From the NCBI GenBank assembly GCA_964016885.1, contig OZ024740.1, positions 276,954,001 through 277,018,000 on the forward strand: a stretch of DNA of 64,000 nt, in the 5' to 3' direction. Positions 24,857 through 39,880 of the stretch are shown in pieces. The notes beneath the pieces were generated by a model that had not been told where the DNA came from, ran no database searches, and saw nothing but the letters and a program-made list of their open reading frames with translations. This DNA is from Eledone cirrhosa. Its lineage: Eukaryota. The position numbers and the translations under genes are program-made. Within the stretch, counting starts at the first letter, position 1, and each line of letters opens with the position of its first letter.

Positions 24857-26819
24857 TATTATATAATGGTGACTCCTGTGATCTGGCTTCCTTCGAACTT
24901 TGGAAACATCTTTATTCCTCTCATCACTCATATTTTATTTCGCCACAAAAGACATGCACTACCTATTTTACTTAGTTGTTCCTCTCCGAGACGATATCAC
25001 CCTGAAAGCTCTCCCGGCCTATGTTTTTAATTTTTTTTTCTCTTTGGCAGCTTTCAACTTACCTTCGTTCAAAAGGAACATTACCTACGTCTCTTTCTCA
25101 TCGGTCTCGGTGTGGTTGTTTAAGCGAGGGACACAACCTCTTCTTCTAGACCAAATCATTAAAAGAAAAATACGCGAGCAATCCCGTAAAAGCACTTTCA
25201 TTGCCTCGTTTAACATTTGTATTCATTCTATCGCAATTGCTATTGTTGCTTGATGTTATTTTCATAACAATGAGAGCGTTATGATGGAAACTGCTAGACG
25301 AGTATTTATCAGCAATTTCCTATAGCAATTTCTCTTTATTTTATTTCTTATCTTTATATTTTATTTCTTTTGTTGATATTGCTTGTTTCTGTTAGTCTTC
25401 GTTCCTTTCTATCCACTTTCTTTTTATTTATTTCTTCTTGTTTTCAATATATAACATTTTATCAAGGATATCGTGACAAACCATTGCTAATCGTACGAAA
25501 TGAGTAAGATTTGTTGGGTGTGACCATGTAATATGTCTGGTTCTTTTAGTTTCATGATTCGGAAGAAATTTTATGGTCCATCTCACGGGAAAGAAAAACA
25601 AAATCAACAATAACAACAACAATAACAATAAAATTAATGACATCTACAACAATAACAAAAACGAACAATTCTCTGTGAATGAATGAAACCTTATTTACAC
25701 AGTTATCAATGCCATTAAGCTAACATTTAATCTCATAAGTTCTCAAGTCGAAATGGTTTCGTTTGTTCAGTGGGAAATTCGAGACATTAATCTCTTTAAT
25801 ATAATTGCAGTGCAAAACTAAATAAATAGGAAAAGAAGAAAAATAAGGCGACACAAAAAACTGCTTCGTTACTATGGTAGCCACAAGATGTTAAATACAT
25901 AAGAGTGTTTAATTATTAATATTAAAGAAATGATAATTATTGTTTTCAGTAGTTTCATGTAAGGTTGTACGGCACTCCTGTTTTACTGGGGTGTTCCTAT
26001 TTATTTTTAAGCATTGGAAGGGTGTTCATGTGTTACATTTAATTCTCTTTGTTGTGGGGTTTGATGTACCCTTGTTTGTTTTACTTTAGCGCTTCCTTTG
26101 TTTACCTAGGATGAAAATTAAACATGAAAGAAAACAAACTAATATAAATAAATACTGAGGAGATTAATGTTAGGCTGGGTCTCTTTCAGCAAGCAGAGTG
26201 ACATACTGAAATCATACCTCTTAGTCTGCTTTAAGCGAAATATCTTAAACAACGCATTACACAAGTAGTTGTATAAGAGTCGGAAATGTAAAACAGAACA
26301 TGTAGCAGAGATAAAGAAGGAAACAGGAACATGTCAGCACAAAATAGAGAGATAAAAGCTTGGTATAGCCTATAAAAAACAAACAACCGAGTAACAGAAT
26401 GGAATCTAACCCATTGGATCTAATAAATATATTACAATTCTACACAAACAAAAGTTTGCTATTACAATGAAGAATCTGACCCCCCCGACAAATTCACTCA
26501 GATGGTAGGTCTGCTTTCTATCTCTAACGCTCTTAAATTGTACCATTGACTGGATTGAAAGCATGCCCTGATGGTTTTCTCGGGCGTTTCCGCAGGACAA
26601 TACTGCAGTGCCACGGTTCTTAGATCCATACTAACGACCGCGCAATAATTGGCAATGTTTCCGTCGATATTTATTCAGCAGTTTGACGCCTCTTTATGTA
26701 CACGTCATATATTGACATATACGCATCACATGTTGACACATATACGCTTCACATATTGACATGCAAACCCAGCAATGTTTCTGGTTTAAATCTTTGCTCC
26801 TTTTGTTTCATATTGTATT

Positions 26820-26980
26820 AGGGCGGTGCCTCGATTTCCAAGGTGTTCGACACGATCACGGTGACTTCGTCAGCATATGCTATTGCAGTGCTTCTACGCC
26901 CCGGTTCGAGATAAATTTCCTGCCACAGCCTCCGCTTCTGCGGAGTTAATAGATACAGGACGAAGGAAAAATGGCATGAA
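26820..26980 (-). mobile_element. L1/Tx1-type RT fragment
   Basis: Minus strand encodes AYADEVTVIVSNTLEIE, aligning with AYADDITVMVS of the larger LINEs. Confidence 0.6.
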
Positions 26981-27372
26981 ATGAAATGGTTGTGATATGT
27001 TGAAATTTACTCTGAGGCCTTAGCAGATACCGGTGTGAAATTATTTAATTTATAAATCGCAAGAGCGTACAGCATCAGAGACAATACAAAGGACGAACAA
27101 TCACACAACATTCAGTTTACATCGCGTAAAGGGAACGAAAATTCATCAATGTGAGATAGCAGATATAACAATAATGATAATGTATAGAAATGATAATAGT
27201 AATATTTAAATTATTTTCTTTTACTGACAATATTTTAAAAGAAGTTGTTATTTCTATCTTATTTTCTAGACAGCCATCCTGTTAAGGCTGATATACAGTA
27301 AAGTCTGAGGCATCCAACTAACATTTGGCTCAACGTTTCATCAATTAGATTCCCCCTATAACAGCCAGGCTT

Positions 27373-27469
27373 AATAATTGTTTCTACTTTGGGCACAAGG
27401 CCAGCAATTATCCCAGTGCATTACTGGTGTTTTATTTTATCGACCCCGTAAGGATGTTAACCTCGGCGG
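27373..27469 (-). mobile_element. Partial tRNA-derived SINE (3' half)
   Basis: Matches the family 3' region. Confidence 0.8.
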
Positions 27470-27882
27470 TATGGTAACAATAAAATATATAATAACAATC
27501 AATAAAAATGTGCCCAATAGGATTGATGTCCCTAGGATAATTCCAGGTAAAACAAAGAAAAAAAGCAGATTACTCCTTCGTATGAAGGGAACTCCCCATT
27601 TTAATTTTGCCTGCTTAGAAAAGTATAGCCAGGTTAGTCACATTCAGCCTCATCAATCTAACCGCTCTCACCTATCTTTCACACAGAAAGTAACACCACC
27701 TCTCTACTATCATCGTCCACATCAATTGCTACTTGAATAAGGTGATTAGAACTTGGCTGGTCAGAGAGGGAAGTTCACCATACACATTCGTTGACTATAC
27801 GCATCAGAGAGAGGGAACTAATAATATTCGTTTCCAATAGCATAGGAATATGCTATTTATAAAACACATACTCAACAATAAT

Positions 27883-28067
27883 TGTTTCTACTTTTGGCAC
27901 AAGGCCAGACATTATTCCAGTGTATTACTGGTACTTTATTTTATCGACCCCGTAAGGATGAAAGGCAAAGTTAACCTCGGCGGGATTTGAACTCTGAACA
28001 TAAAGGGCCGTAACTCTTTGCTGCAAAGCATGGTGTCTGACCCTCTACCGATACTGCCAATCCACCG
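27883..28067 (-). mobile_element. tRNA-derived SINE
   Basis: Full consensus; 12-bp TSD ctcaacaataat at 27871-27882 and 28068-28079. Confidence 0.9.
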
Positions 28068-29218
28068 CTCAACAATAATGATAGCAGGTCGATTCGTATT
28101 GTCTATATCACAACTTAGAATTCAAAGGTGATACTTCAACAGTAATAAAACGAACAGCGTGGATGTTTCAATTATAAATGTTGAGTAATTACCTTCTTAT
28201 TAGTCAAAGCTTGTTTTAGATGTCTAAATGATTACAAATATACATTCATGGACATAATACATACATACATATATACATGATGGCTGCCCCCTCGTTATCG
28301 AGTATGGCCATTGCTCGATATACCATTATTAATAATTACTTGTAGAAAAACCACCCCACGAGTGGTTTTCTGCTAGCATGTGTAGTGTGTATATTGATAT
28401 TATACACATATATATATGCATGTAAATATGATACATCAAATAAAATCGTAATTGACAATATACACAGAAATCGAACAAAGCCTATGTTACATTATCTTCT
28501 GTAATCAGTAATCCATGATATATTTAAAAAAAGACGAGATTATATATAAACTGTATTAGGAGAAAATTAGTGACGGAAATATATGCGATTATAAATGTTA
28601 TAATATAACGGCCGCTAACCGGAAGTGTTGACATTTGATAATTTTAAAGAAGTGAATTTTAAAGATTAAGCTATTAAATATATTTAATCAACAGCCACGA
28701 AATTTAGCACATAAATTATGTAATATTCATTCATTATTTATTCAAAGTAATCCAACTTATTTTACAAACGGGGTAAAAAAAAAATATTCTGGACGCAATC
28801 CCGCAGAACTTCCTATATTATAGTTAAGAATAATTAATTCTATCGTGCAATGCCTGTGCATGAAGACATTTTTTAAAGTGAGGAAAGACTGTGCACTGAG
28901 CCAATCCCACTCTCTGAGCGAAAGTAGCTAACCCGAAAAGAAGAAAAGATCAACATCATCGGTAACTACTGAGCCGCAGGTTTTATATCGGAGTTATCCC
29001 AGTTTCCTGAGTTGCCTTCTCCTAGAAGAATGCCCTGACAAAGGCTAGGGGTCCTTTACTCCCGGTGGTTTAACCGCGTGGTACATGTCTATATACATAT
29101 TTACACACTTTTGGATGGCCGTTGACTCTTATGAGTTCTTCCGCCCTTTGTCAGCTTTTATTTTTTTATTTTTTGTCCTGCAGGGTGTCCAAAATCACCC
29201 TCCCTACCAAGTTTACTT

Positions 29219-29293
<75 letters not shown>

Positions 29294-29559
29294 CAAAGAA
29301 ACTCACACATATATGTACAAATATAAGCGATAGAACGCTGGAACACAAATATATATTTCCTACAAACATATCATTCACAGTAATACACATGTATCAATTC
29401 CACACATATACGCATTTATACATAATATATTTGTATAAGCGCACGCGCATACACCCACTCACAAACAAACACACGCCATATATATATATATATTTTTATA
29501 TATGTGCCAACTTAACAAAATCTCTGAATTACATCCACCCATATGAACAGTATAAGACT

Positions 29560-29560
29560 T

Positions 29561-29611
<51 letters not shown>

Positions 29612-29612
29612 T

Positions 29613-29660
<48 letters not shown>

Positions 29661-29662
29661 AC
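29560..29662. repeat. (ACT)n trinucleotide microsatellite
   Basis: Direct inspection. Confidence 0.95.
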
Positions 29663-31187
29663 TTGCCCCATCATTTCAGATGTTCAATAATAACAGACAT
29701 TTAATCACTTATGCTTTTGCCAACGTTTTAATGATGTTTATTTATTTACCTATCTCCTATCACCCTCTCCTATCACTTTTCTATTTCACCCCCTCTCCTT
29801 CATCGGAAGTCTGGCAATAAAATAAAAGAGAACTAATATTTTGTTCTTGTATTATTGATTTCACATTGTTTTTGCTCTTTATTTCAATGATTTCTCTTTC
29901 CCTTCCTCCAGTATTATTCGTTTTAGATTGACCATATGTTACATTATCTTTCTCTTCAAATGAAAGCGTATACGCGATAAGGTAAATCGTTTCCCGCAAA
30001 TGTACTTTATTTGCGACTAGGATAAAATGTAATTTGAAGATAACATACATTTTAGATATCTTCCGCGTCCAATACATGATGTATTAAATCGTTTACGAAT
30101 CCACGCGAATATTTATGCCCTGTACTACCGCAACACCAACATAAATTTCATTACTCACCTTTCAGTAAATTTAACTGATCGACTCTATATGTCAACTACG
30201 TTCTCTAAATATTATTGTGTGCATTCAGCCGTGTGCCAGATATCGAGAACACTAACACTGTAAGTATCGGGGCGTCTAACCTATATAGATAGGCCGAAAG
30301 CAACAGTGATCGATGTTTAGATGAATTTAGAGAGTCTCTCTGTGATTGCATGATGTGCTAGAAATTACACTCGGCCGTCTTAAAACTGACTCCATTGGAA
30401 ACTGTTCACCAATATATATTATGTCTAAAAAAAATCATGATGGCCATGACTGAAATGTATTTTCTTATAAGGCAGCACTCAATCTTGCCAACAAAATAAA
30501 AACTAACAATTCTTGTCTGTCCCACAGTTGAAATTTCGGTTGTTATGATTATTGTTGTTGATGATGATGATGTTATCTTTATTTTCCATTTTCCATGTCA
30601 ATGAACGGCCAAGTATTATTGCAAGCCATATAGAAACTGAAAAAAGATTAGTTAATTTCCATATAATTTTGTAACAATTATTTGTATGTTTCTGTTTTGC
30701 ATTAACACATTTTATCTCTATGTATGTCTTTTTTGTAATGTTCCTGTGATTCTTTCAGATAAATATTCATAGAATATGAAAAGCAAAAGAGTTATAATAC
30801 TATTTTATTTTCAAATTAGCAAAGCTGTTCATAAAATCATTCATATATGTTCGAGGTTTTTTTAGTCTGGAGTATTGGTGACAGAACTGAACGTAAAGAG
30901 GCGACCTTGGCGTTTCCATTATAGAAGGACCAAAAATAGTCCTTTATCTTTTCAAAAGTAAACTACTGACCTGAAAGTCACGGTGTTAATGATAATAATT
31001 GACAGTTAACGTTGTAACCAGACAAGAAAAGAAACTGCGAGGTAGTTTTCAGTAGTTTCAATTGTAATAATTATATATTATAATCTAATTCACTCATACT
31101 TGCTATTGAGTTCTTTACTCAATTTCAATGTATTGTTAAAACAACACACACACACGCACATACACACTCACTGACACACACACTCAC

Positions 31188-31225
<38 letters not shown>

Positions 31226-31247
31226 GTATATATATATATATATACAT

Positions 31248-31533
31248 AAAAGTCTAAAGTCTGTCTTAAGTCAGAAGGCTCATTTGGCTGGTGCTTATCC
31301 CGGTTTCATGGCGTGAAGCGACTGAGAGGACAAGACTCCCTCCTGGACAGGACGCCAGTCCATCGCAGGGTTAAACCCCCAGCTACTGCTGTTATTCATT
31401 TTCAGTTGAGTATACTGCAGCAACATGAAATGAACTGTTTTGTTCATCAAGAACACAACACGCAACCCAGGAATCGAACCCACAACATTAGGGTCGTAAG
31501 TCCAACACTCTTACCACGAGGCCACGTGCCTCC
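31248..31533 (-). mobile_element. Second tRNA-derived SINE family (V/CORE-like central domain)
   Basis: Minus strand has A-box tggcctcgtggtaagag, B-box ggttcgattcc, aaccctgcgatggactggcgtcctgtccagg, and a short repeat tail agactttagacttt. Confidence 0.8.
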
Positions 31534-31709
31534 ATTTTACACACACACACACATAGACACACATATATGTATATATATATATGTATATGTATATATATAT
31601 GTGTGTGTGTGGTATATTCTATATCCAGATTAGTGAACGTATGTGTGTATGTATGTGTTTGTGCATATATGTTGTGCATGTATGTGTGTATGTACATATA
31701 TACATACAA

Positions 31710-32020
31710 AACGTCCTTGGCATCGCATGTCAAGTCCACATACTCAAAAACACTGTTCTGGCAGACGATGGCCTTCAAACATCTTCACCTACCTCTTTAG
31801 TGGTGGTTGGTCTGGTTTGGCCATGTGTGTTAAATGGAAGACAGGGATGCAAAACGGTGAGCTTGGCATCGCTTCACAACATTCTAGAAGGCCTAAACTG
31901 CGCTACAAAGACGTCTACAGAGAAATGCCTTAGCACAAAGAGAGAAATAGATAGGGGTGGGGACACTGATCTCAAATACAACTGTATCAGCGTCTGCCTT
32001 TCCAAAACAGGCGTGTACAA
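31710..32020 (+). mobile_element. RTE-clade LINE 3' coding fragment
   Basis: WFGHVC*MEDR, GELG and RRPKLRYKDV motifs typical of the RTE C-terminal region. Confidence 0.65.
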
Positions 32021-32129
32021 TCTAGGCAGGCACTGCAACTCGGCAAAATAATGAAACTGGGGCGTGCAATCCATATTAATTTATATATATATATATATAG
32101 ACAAATAAATAAATACTAAATATATATAA

Positions 32130-32161
<32 letters not shown>

Positions 32162-32212
32162 TTATAAATTAATATGGATTGTACGCCTAAATATAGGGAG
32201 GGGTGTATACAT

Positions 32213-32292
<80 letters not shown>

Positions 32293-32566
32293 AATATATA
32301 TATAGACGTGTGTGTATGTGTATATATGTGCGTGTGAAACTTGAACGGAAAACAACAACGCAAACAATACGATGAAGATATATATTAGTTTTACACTTGA
32401 TATAGTAGAAAAAGAGTCTTAACGTTTTGGTCGCTATTGCTTCATCAGAATGTAGAATGAGAAATAAAAGAAGAGATGGAAAGAAGAGAAGAGTGAGAAA
32501 AGGATGAAACGGAAAAATGGTCGTACACACATACACACACACACAGACACACACAGACACACACAG

Positions 32567-32601
<35 letters not shown>

Positions 32602-32624
32602 AATATATATATATGCATATATAC

Positions 32625-32684
<60 letters not shown>

Positions 32685-32686
32685 GT

Positions 32687-32799
<113 letters not shown>

Positions 32800-32804
32800 A
32801 TGTG

Positions 32805-32854
<50 letters not shown>

Positions 32855-34956
32855 CATATATACACGTGTATGGGTGCGTGGAAATATATACATACAGTTA
32901 TATGATTTATACGCTTCAGTGATTAAATTATCAAATGAATTCGAGAAATAAAAGCCGAAAATCAATAACGATATAAGAAACTCTTCTTCTCTTGTACACC
33001 ATCTTTATTGTCGTCGTCATCGCGGTGTTACCGCCATTATAATGAACAACAGCTTCGACAAGTAGTGTCGTCGATGGAGACAAACAGTACAATCTTTTCG
33101 TTTTGTATTCTGCAATTGCGTTTATTAATTCTTTTTATTGAATATTAAGCATGTCTTTTTATACGAAATCCTCTCACACCACATGCGCACAGAAACACAG
33201 GAGTATATATGAAGGCGTATTAAGAAATATAGAAATGTAAATATGCATGTTTGTATGTAAATGTACGTATGTGTGTGATATATAGACAGGCAGGCACAGA
33301 TATATACATATATGGTGGAGGATGGGATAAATGAGTAGAGAGCTAGTGTAACTGATTGAAAGAGAGAGTGGTAATTAAGTAGATAGATAGATAGGCAGAT
33401 ATATACATATATATTCATACATAAAGACACACACACACACACACACACATAAACACACACACAGACACACACAGACACACACACATACACATATATATAT
33501 ATATATATAAAGTGAGAGCGAGAGAGAGTGTCTGTGAGAAAGAGAGAAAGAGTGAGAAAGGGAGAGAGAAAAAGGAAGAAGAGGAGGATATAAATACAGT
33601 CGAAGGGGCAAATCTTAAGGAAAACTGTTGAGGCAATACTAAATGATTTCGGATGATGGAGAGAAAATAATGATTTGACATCACTGAGTTTAGACGAGAA
33701 AAAAATCAGATGGAAGATCAGGTACGAAAATGGATGGAAGGAGGTTGAATACAGAAATGAATGAAAAAGACTGAATGAAATATAGTGAGAAAAGAAATCA
33801 CAGTCACTATAAAGTCGAGAATAAATATCAAAGAAGGGACGAAAAATAGAAGTAAAAGACAAAACTTTGATACATTCGGTATGAAGAGCCTGTCGGAACA
33901 TGAAGACATGAAAAAATGTTTTCTCAAATTTAAAAAAGAATCAAGAATGCGGGTTGTGCTGTGATGCGAATAATGAATAAGATTTTAGAGACTGAACTTG
34001 TGATAAAATTATCAAAATAAAATATGAATTCAAATTCACTGTGTCCTCTATTGAAATACTGAGGAAAGCGTCAGAAAACGTAGGTATTAAACGAACTATG
34101 GGAGTAATAGTTTCGTTTGTTTGTTTATTAGATTAAATTTTTCATTTAGTTATTTGTAAAAGGTATTTATTCTATAATGTTTTCTTCAGTGGCTAAATAA
34201 ACGTAGTTTTGTTATTTTCATTTGCCTTTTTACATTTATATTTTCTTTCTTTTTCAGACGTAAGATCTATAATGTTATTAAAGTTTCACTATGAATGCAA
34301 TAGTTACATCTACGTTATAATCATGACTTCAGTTATTTTTTCTTGGTTCAGATTTAATATGAGACATAAATAATGCTAATTTAGGTGAAGTCTTTGACTT
34401 AGAGATTATTTTCTTAATTGTACGCTGCTGTAATTCTGTGTAGTTTCTGTTATTCGAAAAGGATTTAGATCATTGGGTCTACATTTAAATAAATCTTAGA
34501 TTATATAATTCGTTTTCCATCTGCAAAACTTCAAATTCAAAGAAACTTGTATTTCTTAAGGTCTTTTAATTGCGCCAACAGGAACATAACATATTCATAA
34601 GATCAAGGGGAAATTGTTGTAACTCTCTGTCACCCACGTTACCGAAATAAATAACCCTACAATGAGTCTCACTTTGATGCAGAAACAATTTCTTGCTATT
34701 CACCAACAGATCACAGTCCATGTATTTTCTGGTGAATGTAATGTTTTCGCGAGCAGTCTATTATGGAGTGTGTGCTGTTATGACTTAATTCCTGAAAGAA
34801 GAGTATCACCAATGACCTCTTCAGAGACCCAGGAATTTGTGGGGTGAATAGAAGAATATAAACTACAACTCGTTTATTTCTGCTGCAGGGAGTGACGCAC
34901 CTGAGTATCAAGTTATCATCAGACAGGATATCTGACTTGAATGGCTACAACACAAT

Positions 34957-35100
34957 GTGGATGCTTCTGGTGTCCTTATCCCTAGGGCTAACTCCCTACT
35001 TACCATCATAGGCGCTGAGCTGGTGAGCCACTGGTGTGAATCTCGCGAGATGGAATGGCTCTTCCAGCGCATCTCCCTTACCATTCTCCGGGAAACGCCT
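34957..35100 (+). mobile_element. CRE-clade non-LTR retrotransposon C-terminal fragment
   Basis: SGVL.PR...LL..IG..L...EWLFQRISLTILR(GNA), homologous to 57262-57550. Confidence 0.6.
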
Positions 35101-36034
35101 TCTCTATTATGTCCGCCGGGACTCCATTTGCGTGGGACTCCATTTGCTCATAATGGTGAGAGATGGGGAGGGCGAGAGAGATGGAGGCGATGACAGTGGG
35201 AGTTTGGCTCCTTTGGGTTCAGACCTGGTGTACGTGTGTCCGCATGCTTACTGTATTAAGGTTACTCATGGATATAACAGCTATCTTAAACAGTTAGAAA
35301 TGACGTGGTCAGTCAGCTTCCCCCTTGCCATAGTTGCATGATTGGCACTTGATGTTAGCATTATTTCAATTTTGTATTTATTTGTGGCTAGTTATTGATC
35401 CCATGGAGCGGGTGGTACTTTCCTGATTTGGGACCAGGCCAAAGAGTACGGGGTCCTGTCCACCTTGAGCTTCCGGATCAGTTCGGAGAGAGCCGTACTT
35501 TTCCTTTTGTTCTCCTTATTAAAGGAATAGCGAAGGTTATACCAGCTGTCTTTGAAGCTCGTTGATGTGGCTCCTATGTAAAGGCGCTCAGAGTTGGGGG
35601 GTTTTACTCTACATCCGTATATTAAGTTCTTCCTGAGGCATTCATTACTAAGGGGGCATAATGTGGGGGTTCTGCAGTTGCCGGAGGTGGTCGACCCCCG
35701 AGTGCCTAATGTGGGGTTCTTGTTGCGTATTATAGGGTGGGCTTCTCCCGGGCTTGGTGGGAGCTCCCTGGGCCTGTTTGGGTTTCCAGGGTGGGTACCG
35801 CGTCCACCCTTCCTTCCCTCCACATGACTCTGCTTCTGGTTGTATATAGACATAACCAGAAGCTGGCAATATAAGCACCCAGCAGAGCCATGTGGAGGGA
35901 AGAAAGGGTCGACTCGGTACCCACCCTGGGAACACAAACAGTCCCAGGGACCCCCCCCCCCGCACCGACCCCGGGAGAAGACCACCATATAATACGCAAC
36001 AGGAACCTCACATTAGGCACTGGGGTCGACCACT

Positions 36035-36463
36035 TCCTGCAACTGCAGAACCCCCACATTATGCCCCCTTAGTAATGAATGCCTCAGGAAGAACTTAATA
36101 TATGGATGCAGAGTCAAAACCCCCAACTCTGAGCACCTTTACATAGGAGCCACATCAACGAGCTTCAAAGACAGATGGTATAACCATCACCATTCCTATA
36201 ATAGGGAGGACAAAAGGAAAAGTACGGCTCTTTCCGAACTGATCCGGAAGCTCAAGCTGAACAGGACCCCGTACTCTTTGGCCTGGTCAAAAATCAGGAA
36301 AGTACCACCCGATAGAGGGGGATCTGGCATCTGCAAACTATGTCTGAGCGAGACCCTCGGCATACTCAGCGGTGGAAGCAGCCTAATAAACCTCAGGACC
36401 GACTTCTTCGGTACATGTAGACACCTCAGGGCCGTGACCTTCCTCAAGCTATATGGACAATAA
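36035..36463 (+). pseudogene. GIY-YIG endonuclease domain of a Penelope-like element
   Basis: CNCRTPTLCPLSNECLRKNLIYGC..LYIGATSTSFKDRWYNH..STALSELI..CKLCLSE..LINLR..CRH; no upstream RT. Confidence 0.88.
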
Positions 36464-37476
36464 CAACAGTGGGACGGGAACTTCCCTCAATCTATAGGGA
36501 CAGTAGCCCCGCTACACCGAGCCCAAGGTAAACCACCCCTACACACTCAACACCCTTACTCCCGCCTCGATTGACTCCTATAGCAACACATACTTATACA
36601 TATGTCCATACATAGATACTGTTGTTTAAAATTATACATACATGTATGTGTATATGTGTATATAGATATATGTGTGTGTGTATATATATACATGTATGTG
36701 TGTGTATATAATGTGTGTATGTGTGTGTGTATGTATATATATATATATATATATAGAATGCACCTGAGCCTGTGTTTGTGCGTGTATGCTTGCAACGATG
36801 TGCGTTGACATACACACATATGTACTTTATGCGGAAATAGGAACTGTAGTCCTTTGCATTTCCGGATTTTGACGCTCAGGTTTATGGTGTTTTACACTCC
36901 ACTTTTATCGCATTTGCTCTTAAAACGCACCACTCGATGATAAAATAAAAATTGTAATTCTTTACACTTCTAGATTCTGACACACAGGTTTTCTACTTCA
37001 GTTAATATCTTTCAAATCTTACAAATTTTGATATTGGTTGTAACACACACATTTTTTATTTTTTTATTGGTTTGACACCCCCCACCATGTGAAATGGTGG
37101 CAGGATAGATCCCAACCTACACACACAAATTCTTCAGACCATAGCAGCAGCACACTAAAGCTGACCTACCAGCTGACCCCTTAACACCACTACCACTACC
37201 AAAACAATGGAGGAGATCAGCTGTACTTAAACAAAAACAACTACAACAGATTGTCTTGCCTCAGAAGATATCTATAGACTTTTGACTGAGGAATGTTCTC
37301 ACAACTGAACAATGGGATGCGAGCGTGTCCTATGACGCCGAAATTCGTTTGTTCTAACACATATGATTCCAGTTCCTCAGAAGAATAACAACACAATCAG
37401 GAGCTGGACATATCGATGTATTGACGGAGTAAAACACACTTCAACATGTGTACCTGTCTTTCCCACACCAATTTGG

Positions 37477-37531
37477 ACTGCCTGAAGAGGTCACAACCAA
37501 TGATGGCTGTCACCGAAATATATATAACAGT
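37477..37531 (+). ncRNA. Minimal hammerhead ribozyme, family H2 (first helix I pair mismatched)
   Basis: actgc-CTGAAGA(37482)-ggtcacaaccaatgatggctgtcacc-GAAA(37515)-tatata-TA-acagt. Confidence 0.7.
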
Positions 37532-37582
37532 ATATCTATAATTTATAATAAACGAAGCCAAATTGTACATATTTGACTTACT

Positions 37583-37653
<71 letters not shown>

Positions 37654-39880
37654 CATACGTATATATACATGATTGTGTGTGTGTGTAGAAAGTGTTTTAT
37701 AGAAGACTTCAACAATGTAAATGGGACATTAAAGGTATTAAACATAATAGTAAAGATTTTAGAATTTTACTTCGGAGATGTTTAATAGTCCTTAATATTT
37801 CGGGATAAAAATCATTTCATCAAAAGAACTGAGAGAACTAGTTGGGAACAGGATATTTTGTATTGTTTTTACGCTGCCATTTTTGAAATCTGGAAGTGGC
37901 ATTTTTTTTTATTTTCCAACACTGAAAAAAGCTCACTACTTTCAATTTATAAAAAAAGGCACCATATATCTTTCTCTGAACTAGTTTCCTCAATTCTTCT
38001 TTTGGTGACTTGATTTCATCATAAGAAAGCTATATCCTATGTAGAATCTTCCATTGATTATGTGTTACATACTCTATCCAAATATTCATTAGAAATGCTT
38101 TAATAGTGACTTGTAGGTCAATATGAAGTTTACTATTTGTTAATTTGGTAGCTTAGCGGAGCCAGAACATATACCGTAGTCGTTTATTATATGTTTTGAA
38201 AGGAAAATTAGAAGAGGGGAGGGTTTTGATATTTTTTCTGTCTCGAATGCTTTCTATACAACAGGAATGCGTTCAATGCACCAAAGTATCAGGTGCTGGT
38301 GTTCAACCGGACATCGAGTCGCAGGCATTTGACCAATCGTACATAAGATAGATATCGATAGATTTACCCAGAAGAGAAATATTTTCGCCACTAATTAAGT
38401 TTTTATTCGACAGGTTTATGAAAACAACTGTGCTTATATTGAGTCCGAGTTTCTCAAGAACATAATTCTAAGAGTGGCAGTGCAAATGAAGAATATTCAA
38501 AGTGTCTAGTGTTTCCTTTTATCAAAAGAAATGAATTGTTGGTTCTCTGCATGACATTGAGTTGAATATTTTTCCCTATGAACAACATTTTCACAATCTT
38601 ATTTCCTTTGATTTTGCAACATTCTAATAAATTCCTTTAATAGATGAGATTCCGAGTTTTATATATTTTTGATGATAAGATTGATATCAACTTTGAAGTG
38701 GCTGCCATTTTTGTTTCACCATATTCTTTCGATGACATTATTATTGTTGCTATCATTTTCGTTCTCAATTATTTCATGCTGGCTATCCCCTCATAATTTT
38801 TATACGCTTTCTTTATATCATTGATTATTGCTACTACTCAGATATTAGAATATATATTTTCTTTTTAATTATGTGTTAGCTTGTTTCATTTATTATTATT
38901 TACTCATGTATTCATGTATATGTTTACGTATTTATTCACTTCTATGGTTCGATAATAATTCTCAGCATTTTCTTTCTAATTTACGTTTCAAGTATTTTGG
39001 ATTTTGTTTGACTAACGGATTATATTTTCTGCTTCAGATGTTACTTGGACATTGCCAAATCGTTCCAAATCTTATCTTGTTTTGATATTCACCGTCTTCT
39101 AGCAGCTGTATTCTAAATTTTCGGTTTCTTCCACTTGCTCAGCTTCCTTACTTTTTCATACTTTATTACTTTCGTTTTCAAACAGGATATTTTCCTTTAT
39201 TGTCAGTATACTTGGTTTGAATTGGATTTTAGTTACATAGCTTCCCCTGTTGCTTAGACAACTAGTTTGATGACCTACGTAGCACATTGTGTTTGTTAGT
39301 ATTATGTTTAGTTTCTTTTCTTTGATTTCACTTGCATGTTAGGTCATATTTTCAGCTTAAATTTTTAGTACGATTAGCGCTCATTTTAAATGATATTTAT
39401 TTTTCATAAAATCCTATCTGTTTCAGATGCTTGCTGTCAATATGTTTACGACCATACATTATAACATCTTTTGCGTCTGCCAATTTCTTAATATTTAGTC
39501 ATTTGAATGTAAGAAATACTTTCTGGTGTTGTTGATTATTTAGTTAACAAGGATTTCATCGATATCAAATAAGCAGTATTTGTCCAATTTCTTGTTACTT
39601 TTTATACTAATTTATAGAAATATATTATTATAGATTCTAATTTTTATGAGGTAAGCCTTGTATTTCATGACTTGTTTTTAATATTTCTTTCGTAGATTAA
39701 TGTTACTTAGATATAGAGTTTCCTACAATAGAGTTTAGAAATGGGCTTCCTTTTGTATATTTCGTTAGTGAACTGTAGTGAAAGCCTCTTTGCATAGTCA
39801 TTTTTCCTTTAAGAAGGTTCTTTAATGTGTAATAGCTACATGACACTCCTAAAATATTTCCCCGTATGGTTCTCTTCTAG

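Larger units (their letters stand above)
35409..37585 (+). mobile_element. Penelope-like element: 5'-inverted, truncated GIY-YIG copy with interrupted 3' UTR and hammerhead
   Basis: Arms 35409-35834 and 35881-36311 are inverted copies. The plus frame runs to a stop at 36463. The hammerhead at 37477 is homologous to the one at 15576. Microsatellite-rich DNA from ~36555 interrupts the UTR. Confidence 0.8.

Noticed and set aside
32405-32460. Hammerhead on the minus strand (CTGATGA..AAACGTTA), and its relative at 5836-5872 (CTGACTA..GAAA)
   Set aside because: The core is mutated (GAAA or G8 lost) and there is no convincing helix I. Probably decayed PLE termini, so not listed as ribozymes.
37720-38080. 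Degenerate foldback/MITE
   Set aside because: Only patchy inverted similarity; ends and TSD could not be defined by eye.
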